Assembly (NCBI GenBank): GCA_047285805.1
Contig: JBJBCN010000002.1
Coordinates: forward strand, 960,001 to 1,024,000
Reading direction: 5' to 3'
Length of the DNA: 64,000 bases
From: Synechococcus sp.
Lineage (GTDB): Bacteria > Cyanobacteriota > Cyanobacteriia > PCC-6307 > Cyanobiaceae
The notes beneath the pieces are model-generated. The model ran no database searches and was not told the DNA's origin. It saw only the letters and a list, made by a program, of their open reading frames with translations. Of the stretch, positions 1 to 11,628 are shown piece after piece; position 1 is the first letter of the stretch, and each line of letters begins with the position of its first letter. A program made the translations under genes and the position numbers.

Positions 1-572
1 GCCTCCAGGGCCTCCTCCACCAAGCCGGCGATCCGCGCGAAATGCTGCTCCGCTGGTGCGCTACGGGGCCCCTCGCCATCGCAGTAGCAAAGCCACTGAC
101 ACCAGGCGCGAAAAAGACGCCGCTCGAGCTGCCTCAGTTGAAAAACATCGGGATCGCTCAGTGTGGCTTCGAGGGGCCCGAAGGCATCTTCAAGGGCCTG
201 CAGGATCACATCGCTCTCGGTGTAGAGCCGGCCATCGAGCTCTAGAGCCGGGAGCATCCCGGAGGGCACCACCTGCTCGTACCAGCGCTCCTTCTCGCCG
301 TAGCAGAACATCGTGACCTTGCGGATCCGATAGGGAATCCGCTTCTCCTCAAGCCAAAGCCAGACTTTCTGGCAGTAGGGGCACCAGGCGTGATGATCGC
401 GGTAGAGGGTGACACGCACCTCCGACTCCGGCCGGCCAAACAGCCTCAAGCGCGCCTGGGCATTGGTGGGACCCTCCTGGCGCAGCTGCAGCAGTTGCGC
501 TTCGCTCTGCAGGGGCAGCAGTTCAGCGAGGTCGTCCCAGCTCAGTGCTTGCGGGCCCTGGGAGCTGAACAT
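1..572 (-). CDS. Glutathione S-transferase family protein (5' part; runs off window edge)
   Basis: Hand translation, not in ORF track: MFSSQGPQ...[27 protein letters not shown]...[24 protein letters not shown] and ES motifs of the GST N-domain; divergent from gor. Confidence 0.85.
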   Translation of the reverse strand, partial: MFSSQGPQALSWDDLAELLPLQSEAQLLQLRQEGPTNAQARLRLFGRPESEVRVTLYRDHHAWCPYCQKVWLWLEEKRIPYRIRKVTMFCYGEKERWYEQVVPSGMLPALELDGRLYTESDVILQALEDAFGPLEATLSDPDVFQLRQLERRLFRAWCQWLCYCDGEGPRSAPAEQHFARIAGLVEEALE

Positions 573-665
573 CAAAGAGAGGGCGGGACGGTTCACTGTT
601 TTAGGGAATCACGGCGGCAGCTCGGGCCCCTCTAGGCAACACTTGGAGCAGGCAAGGGCGATGGC

Positions 666-2027
666 ATGAGCGACCACTTCGATCTGATCGTGATCGGGGC
701 CGGATCTGGAGGACTCGCCGCCGCCAAGCGAGCCGCGTCCTACGGCGCCCGTGTCGCCATCGTCGAAGGGGACCGGGTGGGCGGCACCTGCGTCATCCGC
801 GGTTGCGTCCCCAAAAAACTGATGGTCTACGGCTCCGCCGTCCGCCATCAATTGAGCGATGCCGCGAGCTACGGCTGGAGCATCGGTGCGATCAGGCATG
901 ACAGCAGCGTGCTGCTCAGCAAGGTGCGCGCGGAGGTGGATCGCCTGAACCAACTGCACATCGGCTTCCTCGAGAAAGCGGGGGTGGAGTTGGTGCTTGG
1001 CTGGGGACGATTGGCCGATGAGCGCACGGTGAGCGTGCAGGACAGCACTGGCAGCGAAACGCGGCGACTGACGGCCGAGCGAATCTTGATCGCCGTCGGC
1101 GGCCGGCCCCATCGCCCCGAGATTCCAGGGGCCGAGCTGGGCTGGGTCAGTGACGACCTGTTCAAGCTGCCGCAGTTCCCGAAGGAGGTCGTCATCGTCG
1201 GTGCCGGCTTCATCGCCTGTGAGTTCGCCTGCATCCTCAATGGCTTGGGCGTGAAGGTCACCCAACTGGTGCGCGGCGATCACCTGCTGCGGGGCTTCGA
1301 TCGGGAATGCGGGCTGGCGGTACAGGAGGCGATGGAGGCCGAAGGCATATCGGTCCGCTTGGCACACAGCCCCGCCGCCATCGAAGGCGAGCTGGGGGCA
1401 TTGACGGTGGTAACCCTGAGCGGCGAGCGCATCGCCTGCAACGGCGTGCTGCTGGCGACAGGCCGCCGCCCCTTCCTGGCGGGGCTGAACCTCGAAGCTG
1501 CCGGCGTCGCGGTAGAAGGCCACCGCATTCCGGTCGATTCGGACCAGCGCACCAACGTGCTCCACATCTACGCCGTAGGAGACGTCACGGACCGGATCAA
1601 CCTGACACCGGTTGCCATTGACGAGGGCCGGGCCCTGGCGGACACGATCTGGGGCAATAAACCCCGCCAGGTGGACCATGACCTGGTGGCCGCTGCGGTC
1701 TTCTCCCAGCCGGAGCTTTCTAGCGTGGGCCTCAGCGAGGAGGCCGCGATCGCGCGCTTTGGCCCTGATGGCGTCAAGATCCATCGGGCCCGCTTCCGGC
1801 CGATGAGCCAGGCCCTGCCAGCCCGCGATCCCAAGGTGCTGCTGAAGCTCGTGCTCGAGGCCGACAGCGACAAGGTGGTGGGCTGTCACATGGTCGGCGA
1901 GCACGCCGCCGAGATCATTCAGATGGCAGCAATCGCGATCGGCATGGGGGCCACCAAGGCCGATTTCGACCGCACGATGGCGCTGCATCCGACGATCTCC
2001 GAAGAGTTCGTCACCCTGCCCAACTAA
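666..2027 (+). CDS. gor: Glutathione-disulfide reductase
   Basis: GAGSGG FAD motif, GGTCVIRGCVPKK redox disulfide, C-terminal HPTISEE. Confidence 0.95.
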   Translation: MSDHFDLIVIGAGSGGLAAAKRAASYGARVAIVEGDRVGGTCVIRGCVPKKLMVYGSAVRHQLSDAASYGWSIGAIRHDSSVLLSKVRAEVDRLNQLHIGFLEKAGVELVLGWGRLADERTVSVQDSTGSETRRLTAERILIAVGGRPHRPEIPGAELGWVSDDLFKLPQFPKEVVIVGAGFIACEFACILNGLGVKVTQLVRGDHLLRGFDRECGLAVQEAMEAEGISVRLAHSPAAIEGELGALTVVTLSGERIACNGVLLATGRRPFLAGLNLEAAGVAVEGHRIPVDSDQRTNVLHIYAVGDVTDRINLTPVAIDEGRALADTIWGNKPRQVDHDLVAAAVFSQPELSSVGLSEEAAIARFGPDGVKIHRARFRPMSQALPARDPKVLLKLVLEADSDKVVGCHMVGEHAAEIIQMAAIAIGMGATKADFDRTMALHPTISEEFVTLPN

Positions 2028-2031
2028 GGCG

Positions 2032-2739
2032 ATGCGCACACTCTTAATCAGCGGCGCCAGCCGCGGTATCGGCCGGGCCATGGCGGAGCGGCTCTTGAGC
2101 GATGGCCATCGGTTGAGCTTGGGCCTGCGCAAACCGGACGATCTCAAGGGCAGCCCCCTAGACCCTGAGCGGGCCGGAGCCGATCGCGTCCTGCTGCATC
2201 CCTATGACGCAGCGGTGCCCAGCGATGCCGAAGCCTTGGTGCAGGCGACGTTGGAGCACTTCGGGGAATACGACAGCGTGATCCACTGCGCGGGGATCTT
2301 CTCGCGGGTGCCCGTTGTCTTTGAGAACGGGCAAGAGGAGGAGATCCAGCGCCTCTTCGACGTCAATGTGATGGGTCCCTGGTGGCTGACCCGTGCCGCC
2401 TGGCCGCAGCTGGCCGCCCATGGCTCCGGCCGAATCGTCGTGCTGGTGTCGATGAGCGGCAAACGCACCAAGGGACTACTGGCGGCCTACAGCACCAGCA
2501 AGTTCGCCTTGATGGGGCTCTGCCAGACGATGCGCAATGAGGGGTGGGAGAGCGGCATTCGCGTCACAGCGATCTGCCCGAGTTGGGTCAACACCGACAT
2601 GGCCGCCGCCGTGAAAGCGTTGCCGCCCGAGCAGATGACACAAAGCGAAGACATCGCCGCCCTAACCAGCAAGCTGCTCGAGCAACCCAACAGCTGCGTG
2701 CCCTTTGAGCTAGCTCTGAACTGCAACCTCGAGGCTTAG
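2032..2739 (+). CDS. Short-chain dehydrogenase/reductase
   Basis: SGASRGIG Rossmann motif and YSTSK catalytic motif. Confidence 0.9.
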   Translation: MRTLLISGASRGIGRAMAERLLSDGHRLSLGLRKPDDLKGSPLDPERAGADRVLLHPYDAAVPSDAEALVQATLEHFGEYDSVIHCAGIFSRVPVVFENGQEEEIQRLFDVNVMGPWWLTRAAWPQLAAHGSGRIVVLVSMSGKRTKGLLAAYSTSKFALMGLCQTMRNEGWESGIRVTAICPSWVNTDMAAAVKALPPEQMTQSEDIAALTSKLLEQPNSCVPFELALNCNLEA

Positions 2740-4061
2740 CGCTCGAAGGTGTACTCGCGGGTCAGCTGGAAGACCGTGCCGCTCAGCAGGAGCAGGGCGA
2801 TTAGGTTAGGCAGAGCCATCAGACCATTGAGGGTGTCAGCCAACCCCCAGACCACACCGCGGTCACCAGCGACGGAACCAATCACCACGACCGCCACCCA
2901 AACGAAGCGGAAGGGCTTGATCGCCCGCTCACCAAACAGAAATTCGGTGCAGCGCTCGCCGTAGAAGCTCCAGCCCAGGACCGTGGTGAAGGCAAAGATC
3001 ACCAGGCCGGCCGTGACGACCCAACCGGAGCCGCTCAGTCCGGTGTTGAAGGCCAGGATCGAGAGGTTGGCCCCCGACTCGCCACTTCCAGAGACACCCG
3101 TGGTGATGATCACCAGGGCCGTCATCGTGCAGATGATCAGGGTGTCGATCACCGTGCCGAGCATCGCCACCGTGCCCTGACGAACCGGGTCATTAGTGCG
3201 GGCCGCAGCATGGGCGATTGGAGCACTGCCCAGCCCAGCTTCATTGGAGAAGATTCCGCGCTTGAAGCCCATCAGCACCACCTGACCGAAGGCACCACCG
3301 GCGGCCGCCTGGCCGTTGAAGGCATTGGCAAAGATCGTGCCGAAAGCGCTGGGCACCTCACTGACGTTGAGGCCCAAAACCACCAGGCAGGCCAAGACAT
3401 AAAGAATGGACATCGCCGGCACCAGGGCAGAAGCCGCCTGGGAAATCCGATTAATGCCGCCAATGATCACGGCAAAGACCAGACCACCCAGGACCAAGCC
3501 CGTGGCCACCCGGGGTATACCCGCCGCGGCCAGGGCGCTGGAGACCTCAAAGCACTGCACCCCATTGCCGATGCCAAAGCCCGCCAACATGCCGAAGAGG
3601 GCAAAGAGCACGGCCAACCACTGCCAATTAGAGCCCAGGCCATTGCGGATGTAGTACATCGGGCCGCCGACGTGGTTTCCCAAACCGTCGACTTCCCTGT
3701 AGCGAACGGCGAGTACTGCCTCGGCATATTTCGTGGCAATGCCGAAGACGGCGATCACCCACATCCAAAAGACGGCACCCGGACCACCGATAGCGATCGC
3801 TCCAGCGACCCCGGCAATGTTGCCCGTGCCGATCGTGGCGGCAAGAGACGTCATCAAGGCGCCGAAGGCGCTGATGTCTCCCGCTTCTCCAGCCTCAGCG
3901 GGTTTGGCGAGCATGCGCACGCCATAACCGATGCGCTGCAGGGGCATCAAGCGCAGCCCCAGCATCAGCACGATGCCGGTGACTGCGATCAACGTGACCA
4001 TCGGCCAGCCCCAAACCACCCCGTTAATCGGGTCGTTGATGGCCTTAATGAGCTGTTCCAT
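2736..4061 (-). CDS. Alanine/glycine:cation symporter (AGCS family)
   Basis: LAATIGTGNIAGV, GGPGAVFWMW, RGIFSNEAGLGSAPIAHA. Confidence 0.95.
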   Translation of the reverse strand: MEQLIKAINDPINGVVWGWPMVTLIAVTGIVLMLGLRLMPLQRIGYGVRMLAKPAEAGEAGDISAFGALMTSLAATIGTGNIAGVAGAIAIGGPGAVFWMWVIAVFGIATKYAEAVLAVRYREVDGLGNHVGGPMYYIRNGLGSNWQWLAVLFALFGMLAGFGIGNGVQCFEVSSALAAAGIPRVATGLVLGGLVFAVIIGGINRISQAASALVPAMSILYVLACLVVLGLNVSEVPSAFGTIFANAFNGQAAAGGAFGQVVLMGFKRGIFSNEAGLGSAPIAHAAARTNDPVRQGTVAMLGTVIDTLIICTMTALVIITTGVSGSGESGANLSILAFNTGLSGSGWVVTAGLVIFAFTTVLGWSFYGERCTEFLFGERAIKPFRFVWVAVVVIGSVAGDRGVVWGLADTLNGLMALPNLIALLLLSGTVFQLTREYTFER

Positions 4062-4095
4062 TCATCGCCAGAGGATCTGGTGATGGTGGCACGAT

Positions 4096-4770
4096 TCAGG
4101 CGGGGGTCAGGGCTTCGAAACGGAAGACCTGACGACCGGCAGGGGTGTCACCGGAGGCCTCGGTTTCCACCACCCGCTCGCTCAGCACCCAGGGGCCTTC
4201 ACCGGCCAAGGGAACGAAGCTGTCGGTGAAGGTGCTCTTCCCGCCGCGGGCAGCGCCGCTGGCGGGATCGGCGTATTGGCTGGTGTAGGTGTGGCTCAGA
4301 TAACCACTACCGGTGTCAGTAGTGCTTTTGGTGAAGATCGTCACCACGGTTCCGTGGATGTGGCGGTGCACCATCGTCACCACGTCGTCCTTGATCCGGT
4401 AGCGGTCGCCGGCGTTCTTGCCGCCCACGATCACCTCGGTGCCCACCTCATCGGTCTCGCCGGCAGTGAAGGTGTTCTCGCCGTGGGTCTGCTCGAAGCT
4501 GCGGCGAACCCGGTGGATGCAGACCTCCCAGAGCTGGGAGGAAATCGCCTTGTGGATCTCCTCGTTCTCGATGCCCTCCACCTGGGCCTTGAGGTCAGCG
4601 CCCACCTTGAAGCTGCCTTCCACGCGCTGGTCATCCTGTTCCCAGACGCAGCAGCCGTTGTAGCCGGCAAAGCCAGGAGCCCAGGTGTAGCGGTTTTCGT
4701 AGGCCGCCCGGAATGCGGCCGTGCAGTCGGAGCCAGAGCTAACCGGAGCAGAGCTAGGAGCGACGGTCAC
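4096..4770 (-). CDS. DUF3386-like conserved cyanobacterial protein
   Basis: FRAAYENRYTW motif; usual neighbour of carB. Confidence 0.75.
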   Translation of the reverse strand: MTVAPSSAPVSSGSDCTAAFRAAYENRYTWAPGFAGYNGCCVWEQDDQRVEGSFKVGADLKAQVEGIENEEIHKAISSQLWEVCIHRVRRSFEQTHGENTFTAGETDEVGTEVIVGGKNAGDRYRIKDDVVTMVHRHIHGTVVTIFTKSTTDTGSGYLSHTYTSQYADPASGAARGGKSTFTDSFVPLAGEGPWVLSERVVETEASGDTPAGRQVFRFEALTPA

Positions 4771-4815
4771 GGCAAGGGATTCAGCTGTTGTATCACCCTA
4801 CGGGGCAAGTACCCC

Positions 4816-7800
4816 CTAGCCGTGGATGTCTTGCAGAGCACGTACCTGCATCTGCTGGGCCTGGAGGGCGGTGATGCCTTCCACCGCGGCGCGAGCACCG
4901 GCCAGGGTCGTGACGGTCGTCACGGCGTAGTCGATCGCCGCGCGGCGCAAGTATTTGTCATCGTATACAGCCTGACGACCGACGGGGGTGTTGATCACCA
5001 GCTGGATCTCACCGGAGCGGATCGCGTCCTCGATGTTCGGGCGACCCTCGTGCACCTTCAGCACGGTCTCAACCTTGAGCCCCGCCGCCGCGAGGGCGCG
5101 GGCGGTGCCTTCGGTGGCCACCAGGTGGAAGCCCATCTGATCCAAGTGCTGGGCGACGGGCAGCAGGGCTGACTTGTCGCGGTCATGGGTCGAGAGGAAG
5201 ACCGTGCCACTGGTGGGCAGGGCCTCACTGGCCCCCAGTTCCGCCTTGGCGTAGGCCAGGCCAAAGCTGGTGGCGGTGCCCATCACCTCTCCGGTGCTGC
5301 GCATCTCGGGACCCAGGATCGAGTCAGCGCCGGGGAAGCGCTTGAAGGGGAGCACCGCCTCCTTCACCGCCTGCAGGGGAGGCTTGGGCTCGCTGGTCAG
5401 ACCGATTTGCTCGAGGGTTTTGCCGGACATGATCCGGCTGGCGATCTTGGCCAGGGGGGCGCCGGTGGCCTTTGCCACGAACGGCACCGTGCGGGAGGCG
5501 CGGGGGTTCGCCTCAATGATGTACACGAGGCCGTCCTTGATGGCGAACTGAAGGTTGATTAGTCCGTTGACCTGAAGGGCCAAGGCCAGGGCCTCACTCC
5601 ACTGGTGGATCGTCGTGAGGACCTCCTGCTCCAGGCTCACCGAAGGCAGGGCACAAGCGGAGTCACCGGAGTGGACGCCGGCCGGTTCGATGTGCTCCAT
5701 CAGACCGCCGATGACCACCTTGCCGGTGCCATCGCAGAGGGCATCGACATCCACCTCGGTGGCGTTCTCGAGGTACTGGTCAATCAGGACCGGGTGATCC
5801 GGCTCGACGTTCACCGCTTCGTTCATGTAGCGGTTGAGCTCGTCTTCGCCATAGACCACCTCCATGGCCCGGCCCCCCAGGACATAACTGGGGCGCACGA
5901 CCACGGGATAGCCAACGCGCTCGGCCACCACACGGGCCTCGGCCTCACTGCGGGCCAGGCCATTGCGGGGCTGTCGGATGTCGAGGCGCCGCAGGATCGC
6001 TTCGAACTGCTCGCGGTCCTCCGCGGTGTCGATCGATTCCGGCGAAGTGCCCCAGATGCGGGTACCCGTGGCCTGACCGGCGGGGGACTGCAGCCAATGC
6101 AGCAACGGAATCGCCAACTTCAGCGGGGTCTGACCACCAAATTGAACGATCACGCCCTCGGGCTTCTCCGCCTCGATGACGTTCAGCACATCCTCAAAGG
6201 TGAGGGGCTCGAAATAGAGGCGATCCGAGATGTCGTAGTCGGTGGAGACCGTCTCCGGATTGGAGTTCACCATCACCGTGGCGAACCCTTCCTCCTGCAA
6301 CGCGAAGGAGGCGTGGACGCAGCAGTAGTCGAACTCGATGCCCTGACCGATGCGGTTCGGGCCGCCCCCCAGGATCATCACCTTGCGGCGAGACTCCGGC
6401 TGGACCTCGGATTCGGGGGGCACCAGCTCCAGGCTGCCGTCGGCCCGCAGCCGCTCCATCGTCCGCTCGTAGGTCGCGTAGTGATAAGGCGTGCTGGAGG
6501 CGAACTCCGCCGCGCATGTGTCCACGGTCTTAAAGACCGCGTTCACGCCCAGACCTTGGCGATGGCTGCGCACCTCGAGCTCCTTGCTGCCAGTGGCCCA
6601 GGCGATCTGGCGATCGGAGAACCCGAGTTGCTTGAGCTTCAGCAGCGCCGCGGCATCCAAAGAAGGCAGGCTCTGACCCTTCAGCAGGCGCTCCTCAGCC
6701 GTGATGATCCGGCGCAGCTTGGCCAGGAACCAGGGGTCGATGGCGGAGATCCGATGGATGTCGGCATCGCTATAGCCGTTCACCATCGCGGTGCGCACCG
6801 CAAAGATCCGATCGGGCGCCGGAGTGCGCAGCTCGCGATCGAGCTCGGAGCGCTCCGGGCTGGGGTCCGGGCGGTCGCCACCCCAACCAGAGTGGCCGGT
6901 CTCCAGGGAGCGCAGGGCCTTCTGGAAGGACTCCTCGAAATTGCGACCAATGGCCATGGCCTCGCCCACGGACTTCATAGCCGTGGTCAGCACCGCCGGG
7001 CTGCCCCGGAACTTCTCGAAGGCAAAGCGGGGCACCTTCGTGACCACGTAATCAATCGTGGGTTCGAAGCAGGCCGGGGTCTTGCCGGTGATGTCGTTGT
7101 GGATCTCGTCGAGGGTGTAACCAACTGCCAGACGGGCGGCAATCTTGGCGATCGGGAAACCCGTGGCCTTTGAGGCGAGCGCCGAACTCCGCGAGACGCG
7201 CGGATTCATCTCAATCACTATGACGTCCCCATTAGCGGGGTTGATCGCAAACTGGATGTTGCTACCGCCGGTGTCCACTCCGATCTCGCGGATGATCGCG
7301 ATCGACTGGTCCCGCAAGCGCTGGTATTCGCGGTCCGTAAGGGTCTGCGCCGGCGCCACGGTGATCGAGTCACCGGTGTGCACCCCCATCGGATCGAGGT
7401 TTTCGATCGAGCAGACGATCACGACGTTGTCGGCGGTGTCGCGCATCACCTCCAGTTCGAATTCCTTCCAACCGAGCAGGGACTTCTCGATCAGGATCTG
7501 GCTGACCGGACTGGCGTCGAGGCCGCTCAGGCAAATCGCCCGGAACTCTTCGGGGTTGTAGGCAATACCGCCGCCACTGCCGCCCAGGGTGAATGCGGGG
7601 CGAATGATGCGGGGGTAACTGCCGATCTGGTCGCCGACGGCTTCGGCCTCCTCGAGGGTCGTGGCAATGCCGGAAGGGCAAACATCCACGCCAATGCGGC
7701 CCATGGCCTGTTTAAAGAGGTCCCTGTCTTCTGCCTTCTCTATCGCCTCCAGGTTAGCGCCGATCAACTCAACCCCGTACTTCTCCAGGGTGCCGTCTTT

Positions 7801-8109
7801 GGAGAGGGCCACCGCCAGGTTCAAGGCGGTCTGCCCGCCCATGGTGGGCAGCAAGGCGTCGGGGCGCTCCTGTTCGATTACCCGGCGAACCACGTCCGGG
7901 GTCAAGGGCTCTATGTAAGTGCGATCCGCCATATCCGGATCGGTCATGATTGAGGCAGGATTGCTGTTCACCAGCACCACCTCAAATCTCTCGGCCCGCA
8001 AGGCTTTACACGCCTGGGTTCCCGAATAATCAAATTCGCAGGCCTGTCCGATCACGATCGGGCCAGACCCCAGCAGCAGGATGCGACGCAGATCCGTGCG
8101 ACGGGGCAT
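4816..8109 (-). CDS. carB: Carbamoyl-phosphate synthase large subunit
   Basis: [17 protein letters not shown], duplicated ATP-grasp domains, MGS-like C-terminus. Confidence 0.98.
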   Translation of the reverse strand: MPRRTDLRRILLLGSGPIVIGQACEFDYSGTQACKALRAERFEVVLVNSNPASIMTDPDMADRTYIEPLTPDVVRRVIEQERPDALLPTMGGQTALNLAVALSKDGTLEKYGVELIGANLEAIEKAEDRDLFKQAMGRIGVDVCPSGIATTLEEAEAVGDQIGSYPRIIRPAFTLGGSGGGIAYNPEEFRAICLSGLDASPVSQILIEKSLLGWKEFELEVMRDTADNVVIVCSIENLDPMGVHTGDSITVAPAQTLTDREYQRLRDQSIAIIREIGVDTGGSNIQFAINPANGDVIVIEMNPRVSRSSALASKATGFPIAKIAARLAVGYTLDEIHNDITGKTPACFEPTIDYVVTKVPRFAFEKFRGSPAVLTTAMKSVGEAMAIGRNFEESFQKALRSLETGHSGWGGDRPDPSPERSELDRELRTPAPDRIFAVRTAMVNGYSDADIHRISAIDPWFLAKLRRIITAEERLLKGQSLPSLDAAALLKLKQLGFSDRQIAWATGSKELEVRSHRQGLGVNAVFKTVDTCAAEFASSTPYHYATYERTMERLRADGSLELVPPESEVQPESRRKVMILGGGPNRIGQGIEFDYCCVHASFALQEEGFATVMVNSNPETVSTDYDISDRLYFEPLTFEDVLNVIEAEKPEGVIVQFGGQTPLKLAIPLLHWLQSPAGQATGTRIWGTSPESIDTAEDREQFEAILRRLDIRQPRNGLARSEAEARVVAERVGYPVVVRPSYVLGGRAMEVVYGEDELNRYMNEAVNVEPDHPVLIDQYLENATEVDVDALCDGTGKVVIGGLMEHIEPAGVHSGDSACALPSVSLEQEVLTTIHQWSEALALALQVNGLINLQFAIKDGLVYIIEANPRASRTVPFVAKATGAPLAKIASRIMSGKTLEQIGLTSEPKPPLQAVKEAVLPFKRFPGADSILGPEMRSTGEVMGTATSFGLAYAKAELGASEALPTSGTVFLSTHDRDKSALLPVAQHLDQMGFHLVATEGTARALAAAGLKVETVLKVHEGRPNIEDAIRSGEIQLVINTPVGRQAVYDDKYLRRAAIDYAVTTVTTLAGARAAVEGITALQAQQMQVRALQDIHG

Positions 8110-8233
8110 AGCAGGGGCCGGTAGCCAAACCCATCCAGCCTCTCACGCGATCCAATCGCACCGCTGTTAACCCAGACCCAGTCAAAGATCCAGCCGTGGC
8201 TAGTGTTGTCGGCAACACGCCTGTTGCGTCCCC

Positions 8234-8869
8234 ATGAGCGAACTCCAGCGCCTGAAGGGGTTGCTGCCTCCCGAGATGCAGAGCTGGGTGTTTGTGGAAG
8301 CTGCGGCCTCAGCGGATCCGCCGTTGATCACCATCGAGGAGATCGGCCGCGATGAGGTGGAGGTCCAGCTCGACCTTCATAAGTGGGACGCTCTGGCGAT
8401 CGATCACCGCAACCTCCTCTTCTGGCACGAGGTGGGGCGGATCCAGAACGACTCCGTGCCCCGCGACGGCTGGGAGATGGCCGCTCTGGCCATCGGCCTG
8501 GGTGGCGCCATCGGTGAGCTCTGGGTCCAAGACGGCCTGCTTCTGCTCATGGCCCTGGGCCTTTCGGGTTTTGCCGGCTACCGCCTCTATCTGAAGAACA
8601 ACTCCGAGAAGCGCCTGCAGGACGCCATCGCCGCCGACGAGCGGGCGATCGATCTGGCCTGCCGCTTCGGCTACACCCTGCCCAACGCCTACAAGAGCCT
8701 CGGCGGCGCCCTCAAGGAGCTGGTGGAGCAAACCCGCAAGAAGAAGAAGCGGGGCTTCTATGAGGACCGGCTGGAGGCGCTGCGCAAGAGTGCAGGGAAA
8801 GCCCGGGCCGAGATGGCACAGCAACAGGGCTCCCGTCACTCCGTGAGCAGCGAGAACGTTTATGGCTGA
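8234..8869 (+). CDS. DUF3318-like conserved membrane protein
   Basis: RNLLFWHEVGRIQND..WEMAALAIGLGG; position upstream of rsfS. Confidence 0.75.
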   Translation: MSELQRLKGLLPPEMQSWVFVEAAASADPPLITIEEIGRDEVEVQLDLHKWDALAIDHRNLLFWHEVGRIQNDSVPRDGWEMAALAIGLGGAIGELWVQDGLLLLMALGLSGFAGYRLYLKNNSEKRLQDAIAADERAIDLACRFGYTLPNAYKSLGGALKELVEQTRKKKKRGFYEDRLEALRKSAGKARAEMAQQQGSRHSVSSENVYG

Positions 8870-9275
8870 GGCCCAAGCCGCCAAGCCCAGTCCCGACCCC
8901 AACCGACCCCGGCTAGACCTCGACGACACAAAAGCCCTAGCCCTGCTGGCCGCCGATGCCTGTGACGACCGCAAGGCCACCGACATCGTGCTGATCCGTG
9001 TCGAGGAGATCTCCTCGATTGCCGATTGGTTCGTGATCGCCAGCGGTTTCACCGATGTCCAGGTGCGCGCCATGGCCCGCTCCGTCGAGGACAAGATGGA
9101 GGAGCGCACCGGCCGCCTGCCCCTGCGCAAAGAAGGGCAAAACGAGGGCCGCTGGGTCCTACTCGATTACGGCGAGGTCATAGTCCATTGCCTGACCCCC
9201 GATGAGCGCAGCTACTACGACCTGGAGTCCTTCTGGGGCCACGGCGAGAAGGAGAGCTTCGTAGGCTCGGCCTGA
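8862..9275 (+). CDS. rsfS: Ribosome silencing factor (Iojap)
   Basis: DRKATDI, ADWFVIASG, WVLLDYGEVIVH, RSYYDLESFW. Confidence 0.95.
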   Translation: MAEAQAAKPSPDPNRPRLDLDDTKALALLAADACDDRKATDIVLIRVEEISSIADWFVIASGFTDVQVRAMARSVEDKMEERTGRLPLRKEGQNEGRWVLLDYGEVIVHCLTPDERSYYDLESFWGHGEKESFVGSA

Positions 9276-9287
9276 TTGGAGCACTCC

Positions 9288-9800
9288 ATGGCTGGCAGCG
9301 ATCCATCGCAAGGGCTCAGGAGCAACACGCCCTGTCCAGTCCCCCCTGAACAGCGCCCCCTCGAGCAATACAAGGAACTCCAGAACTCCCTGTTCTTTGC
9401 CTGGGCTCAAAAGAACATCGCCCAGCCGCTGATCCAGAGCTGGCTGATCGCGATGCCGCTCACCCTGTACCTGGCCACGGGCAGCTTCCAGTTGCGCCAT
9501 GACCCCGCCGCCCTGACCGCCGCCGGTGCAGCGGGGGCCTGTGTGGTGCCGTTGCTGATGCTCACCCGTCAATGGCTGGGCTGGCGAACCGTGTTGGGGC
9601 GCCTGACCTCCACCCAGGTGGAGTACGAGGAGTCCGGTTGGTACGACGGTCAAGTCTGGGAGAAACCGCTGGCTTGGCGGCAACAGGACCTGCTGGTGGC
9701 CACCCACGAGGTCAAACCGGTCCTGCGCCAGATTCAGCTGGCCCTTGCCAGCACAGTGGTACTGCTCCTGCTCTCCACCGGCCTCTGTCAGGCTCTCTGA
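9288..9800 (+). CDS. CGLD27/Ycf36 (DUF1230) family protein
   Basis: CPVPPEQRP and YEESGWYDGQVWEKP. Confidence 0.85.
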   Translation: MAGSDPSQGLRSNTPCPVPPEQRPLEQYKELQNSLFFAWAQKNIAQPLIQSWLIAMPLTLYLATGSFQLRHDPAALTAAGAAGACVVPLLMLTRQWLGWRTVLGRLTSTQVEYEESGWYDGQVWEKPLAWRQQDLLVATHEVKPVLRQIQLALASTVVLLLLSTGLCQAL

Positions 9801-9801
9801 C

Positions 9802-10776
9802 ATGACCTTCTCCAGCAGCTTCGGCAGCCGCCCTGGGGTGCCTCCCCTTGAGGTGCGCCTGACCCGCAACGGGATCAGCGAATCGCTGCACCGCGTCCAT
9901 GCCGTGGTCTGCGACCAGCGCGGCCGGATCCTGATGCGGGCTGGAGACCCACAACAGCTGAGCTTCATCCGCTCTGCCCTCAAACCCTTCCAAGCCCAGA
10001 TTTTTGTCGGCAGTGGCGCAGCTGACTTAGGCGAGCACGACGACCGCGCCCTGGCCATCGCCTGCGCCTCCCATGCCGGCGAGGCCGGCCAGGCCCGCGA
10101 AGCCTTCAAGATCCTCTGGAAGGCCGACCTGGAGAGCGAACAACTGCAGTGCCCCACCCCTACAGGCCGTCAGAGTCCGCTGGAGCACAACTGTTCCGGT
10201 AAGCACGCCGCCTTCCTGGCCACATGCCGCAAGATGCAATGGCCCCTGGAGACCTATCTCCAGATCGAGCATCCGCTGCAACAGCAGGTGCTCAAGCGCG
10301 TCGGCGAACTGCTCGGGATGCCCTCCGCCGAACTGATCACCGCCCGCGATGACTGCGGCGCACCGACCCTGCAGCTGCAGCTGGCGCAGATGGCCCTGCT
10401 CTTTGCCCACCTCGGCGCCGGCCAACACGCGGAGCTGGAGCGCCTCTGCCGCTCGATGCTGGCCCACCCCGACCTGGTGGCGGGCGAGGGCCGCTTTGAT
10501 ACCGCCGTGATGCGCAGCAGCCACGGTCAGGTGTTGAGCAAGGGCGGAGCCGAAGGCATCCAATGCCTCAGCCGTGTCGGCGAAGGGCTGGGCTTGGCGA
10601 TCAAGGTCGAGGACGGCGCCCGGCGGGCCAAAGAGGCCGTCGCTCTTCGCCTGATGCAACAGCTCGAGTGGCTCACCCCGATGACCCTTGAGGAGCTAAG
10701 CGCTCAGTTCCTGATGCCCAACACCGCGGTCAAGCTCGAGGTCAGCGGCGAACTGCGCTTCGACAACGGCAACTAG
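9802..10776 (+). CDS. L-asparaginase II family protein
   Basis: RSALKPFQA, ACASHAG, HNCSGKH, SKGGAEG; ATG 2 nt after the upstream stop. Confidence 0.9.
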   Translation: MTFSSSFGSRPGVPPLEVRLTRNGISESLHRVHAVVCDQRGRILMRAGDPQQLSFIRSALKPFQAQIFVGSGAADLGEHDDRALAIACASHAGEAGQAREAFKILWKADLESEQLQCPTPTGRQSPLEHNCSGKHAAFLATCRKMQWPLETYLQIEHPLQQQVLKRVGELLGMPSAELITARDDCGAPTLQLQLAQMALLFAHLGAGQHAELERLCRSMLAHPDLVAGEGRFDTAVMRSSHGQVLSKGGAEGIQCLSRVGEGLGLAIKVEDGARRAKEAVALRLMQQLEWLTPMTLEELSAQFLMPNTAVKLEVSGELRFDNGN

Positions 10777-11420
10777 AGGGCATCCCGCTCGAATTGGGCC
10801 GCCGCCGCCACGGTGGCCTCGACGCTGAAGAGGCCCTCGGCAATATCTGGGCTAATCGTGAACGTGTTCATTCCCTGAGCCACCAGACGCGGCAGGTCGC
10901 AGGGACTGCGCAAGCTTGCCACCAGCAGGCGAAGGGTGGAGCCCAGCGAATCGATGCAGCGTTGCATCTGGATCAGCTCGGCGTGGGCGTCACGGCCGAG
11001 GTCGCCAATGCGCCCAAGGTAGGGGGCGATGTAATCGACCCCCAGGGCCGCCGCCAAAAGCACCTGCTGTGGCTCGTAGCAGGCCGTGAAGGTAATCCGG
11101 CAGCCCTCCCGCTGCAGGGTCCGGGCCGCCTCCAGGCCGGGGCGGGTGATCGGCAGCTTCACCCAGATCCGCTCCGGGGCAATCGCGGCGAGGGCGCGGC
11201 CGCAGCCCACCAGGTCGCTGCCCCAGGCCTGCAGATGAAGCTCCTGAATGCCGTAGGCCAGGGCTCGTTCCGCCAGGTCCTGAAGATGCTCCAACCGGCA
11301 GGGCTCAGCGGCGCGCTTGAGCAGGGTCGGGTTGGTCGTTACCCCGGCGAAGAGACCCGTCGGCAACCATTCGTCCCAGGCGCTGACGTCGGCCGAATCC
11401 AGCAGCAGGTGCAGCGCCAT
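10773..11420 (-). CDS. Short transaldolase / fructose-6-phosphate aldolase family protein
   Basis: LDSAD, GVTTNPTLL, VKLP Schiff-base Lys, YIAPYLGRI, LVASLR; start trimmed because the long ORF runs through the tRNA. Confidence 0.88.
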   Translation of the reverse strand: MALHLLLDSADVSAWDEWLPTGLFAGVTTNPTLLKRAAEPCRLEHLQDLAERALAYGIQELHLQAWGSDLVGCGRALAAIAPERIWVKLPITRPGLEAARTLQREGCRITFTACYEPQQVLLAAALGVDYIAPYLGRIGDLGRDAHAELIQMQRCIDSLGSTLRLLVASLRSPCDLPRLVAQGMNTFTISPDIAEGLFSVEATVAAAAQFERDAL

Positions 11421-11493
11421 GGGAGCAATCGCCTCCATCCATCCTGGCTCCATTGCCGGAGGGATCCGCTGTGCTGTAAGTTTCTTGGGACGC

Positions 11494-11570
<77 letters not shown>

Positions 11571-11575
11571 ACTCC

Positions 11576-11612
11576 AAAGCCCCGGCCTTCTCTGAAGCGT
11601 CGGGGCTTTTTT
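11576..11612 (+). terminator. Intrinsic terminator after tRNA-fMet
   Basis: AAAGCCCCGGC...GTCGGGGCTTTTTT hairpin plus U-run. Confidence 0.8.
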
Positions 11613-11628
11613 GATGCCTGAAATCCTG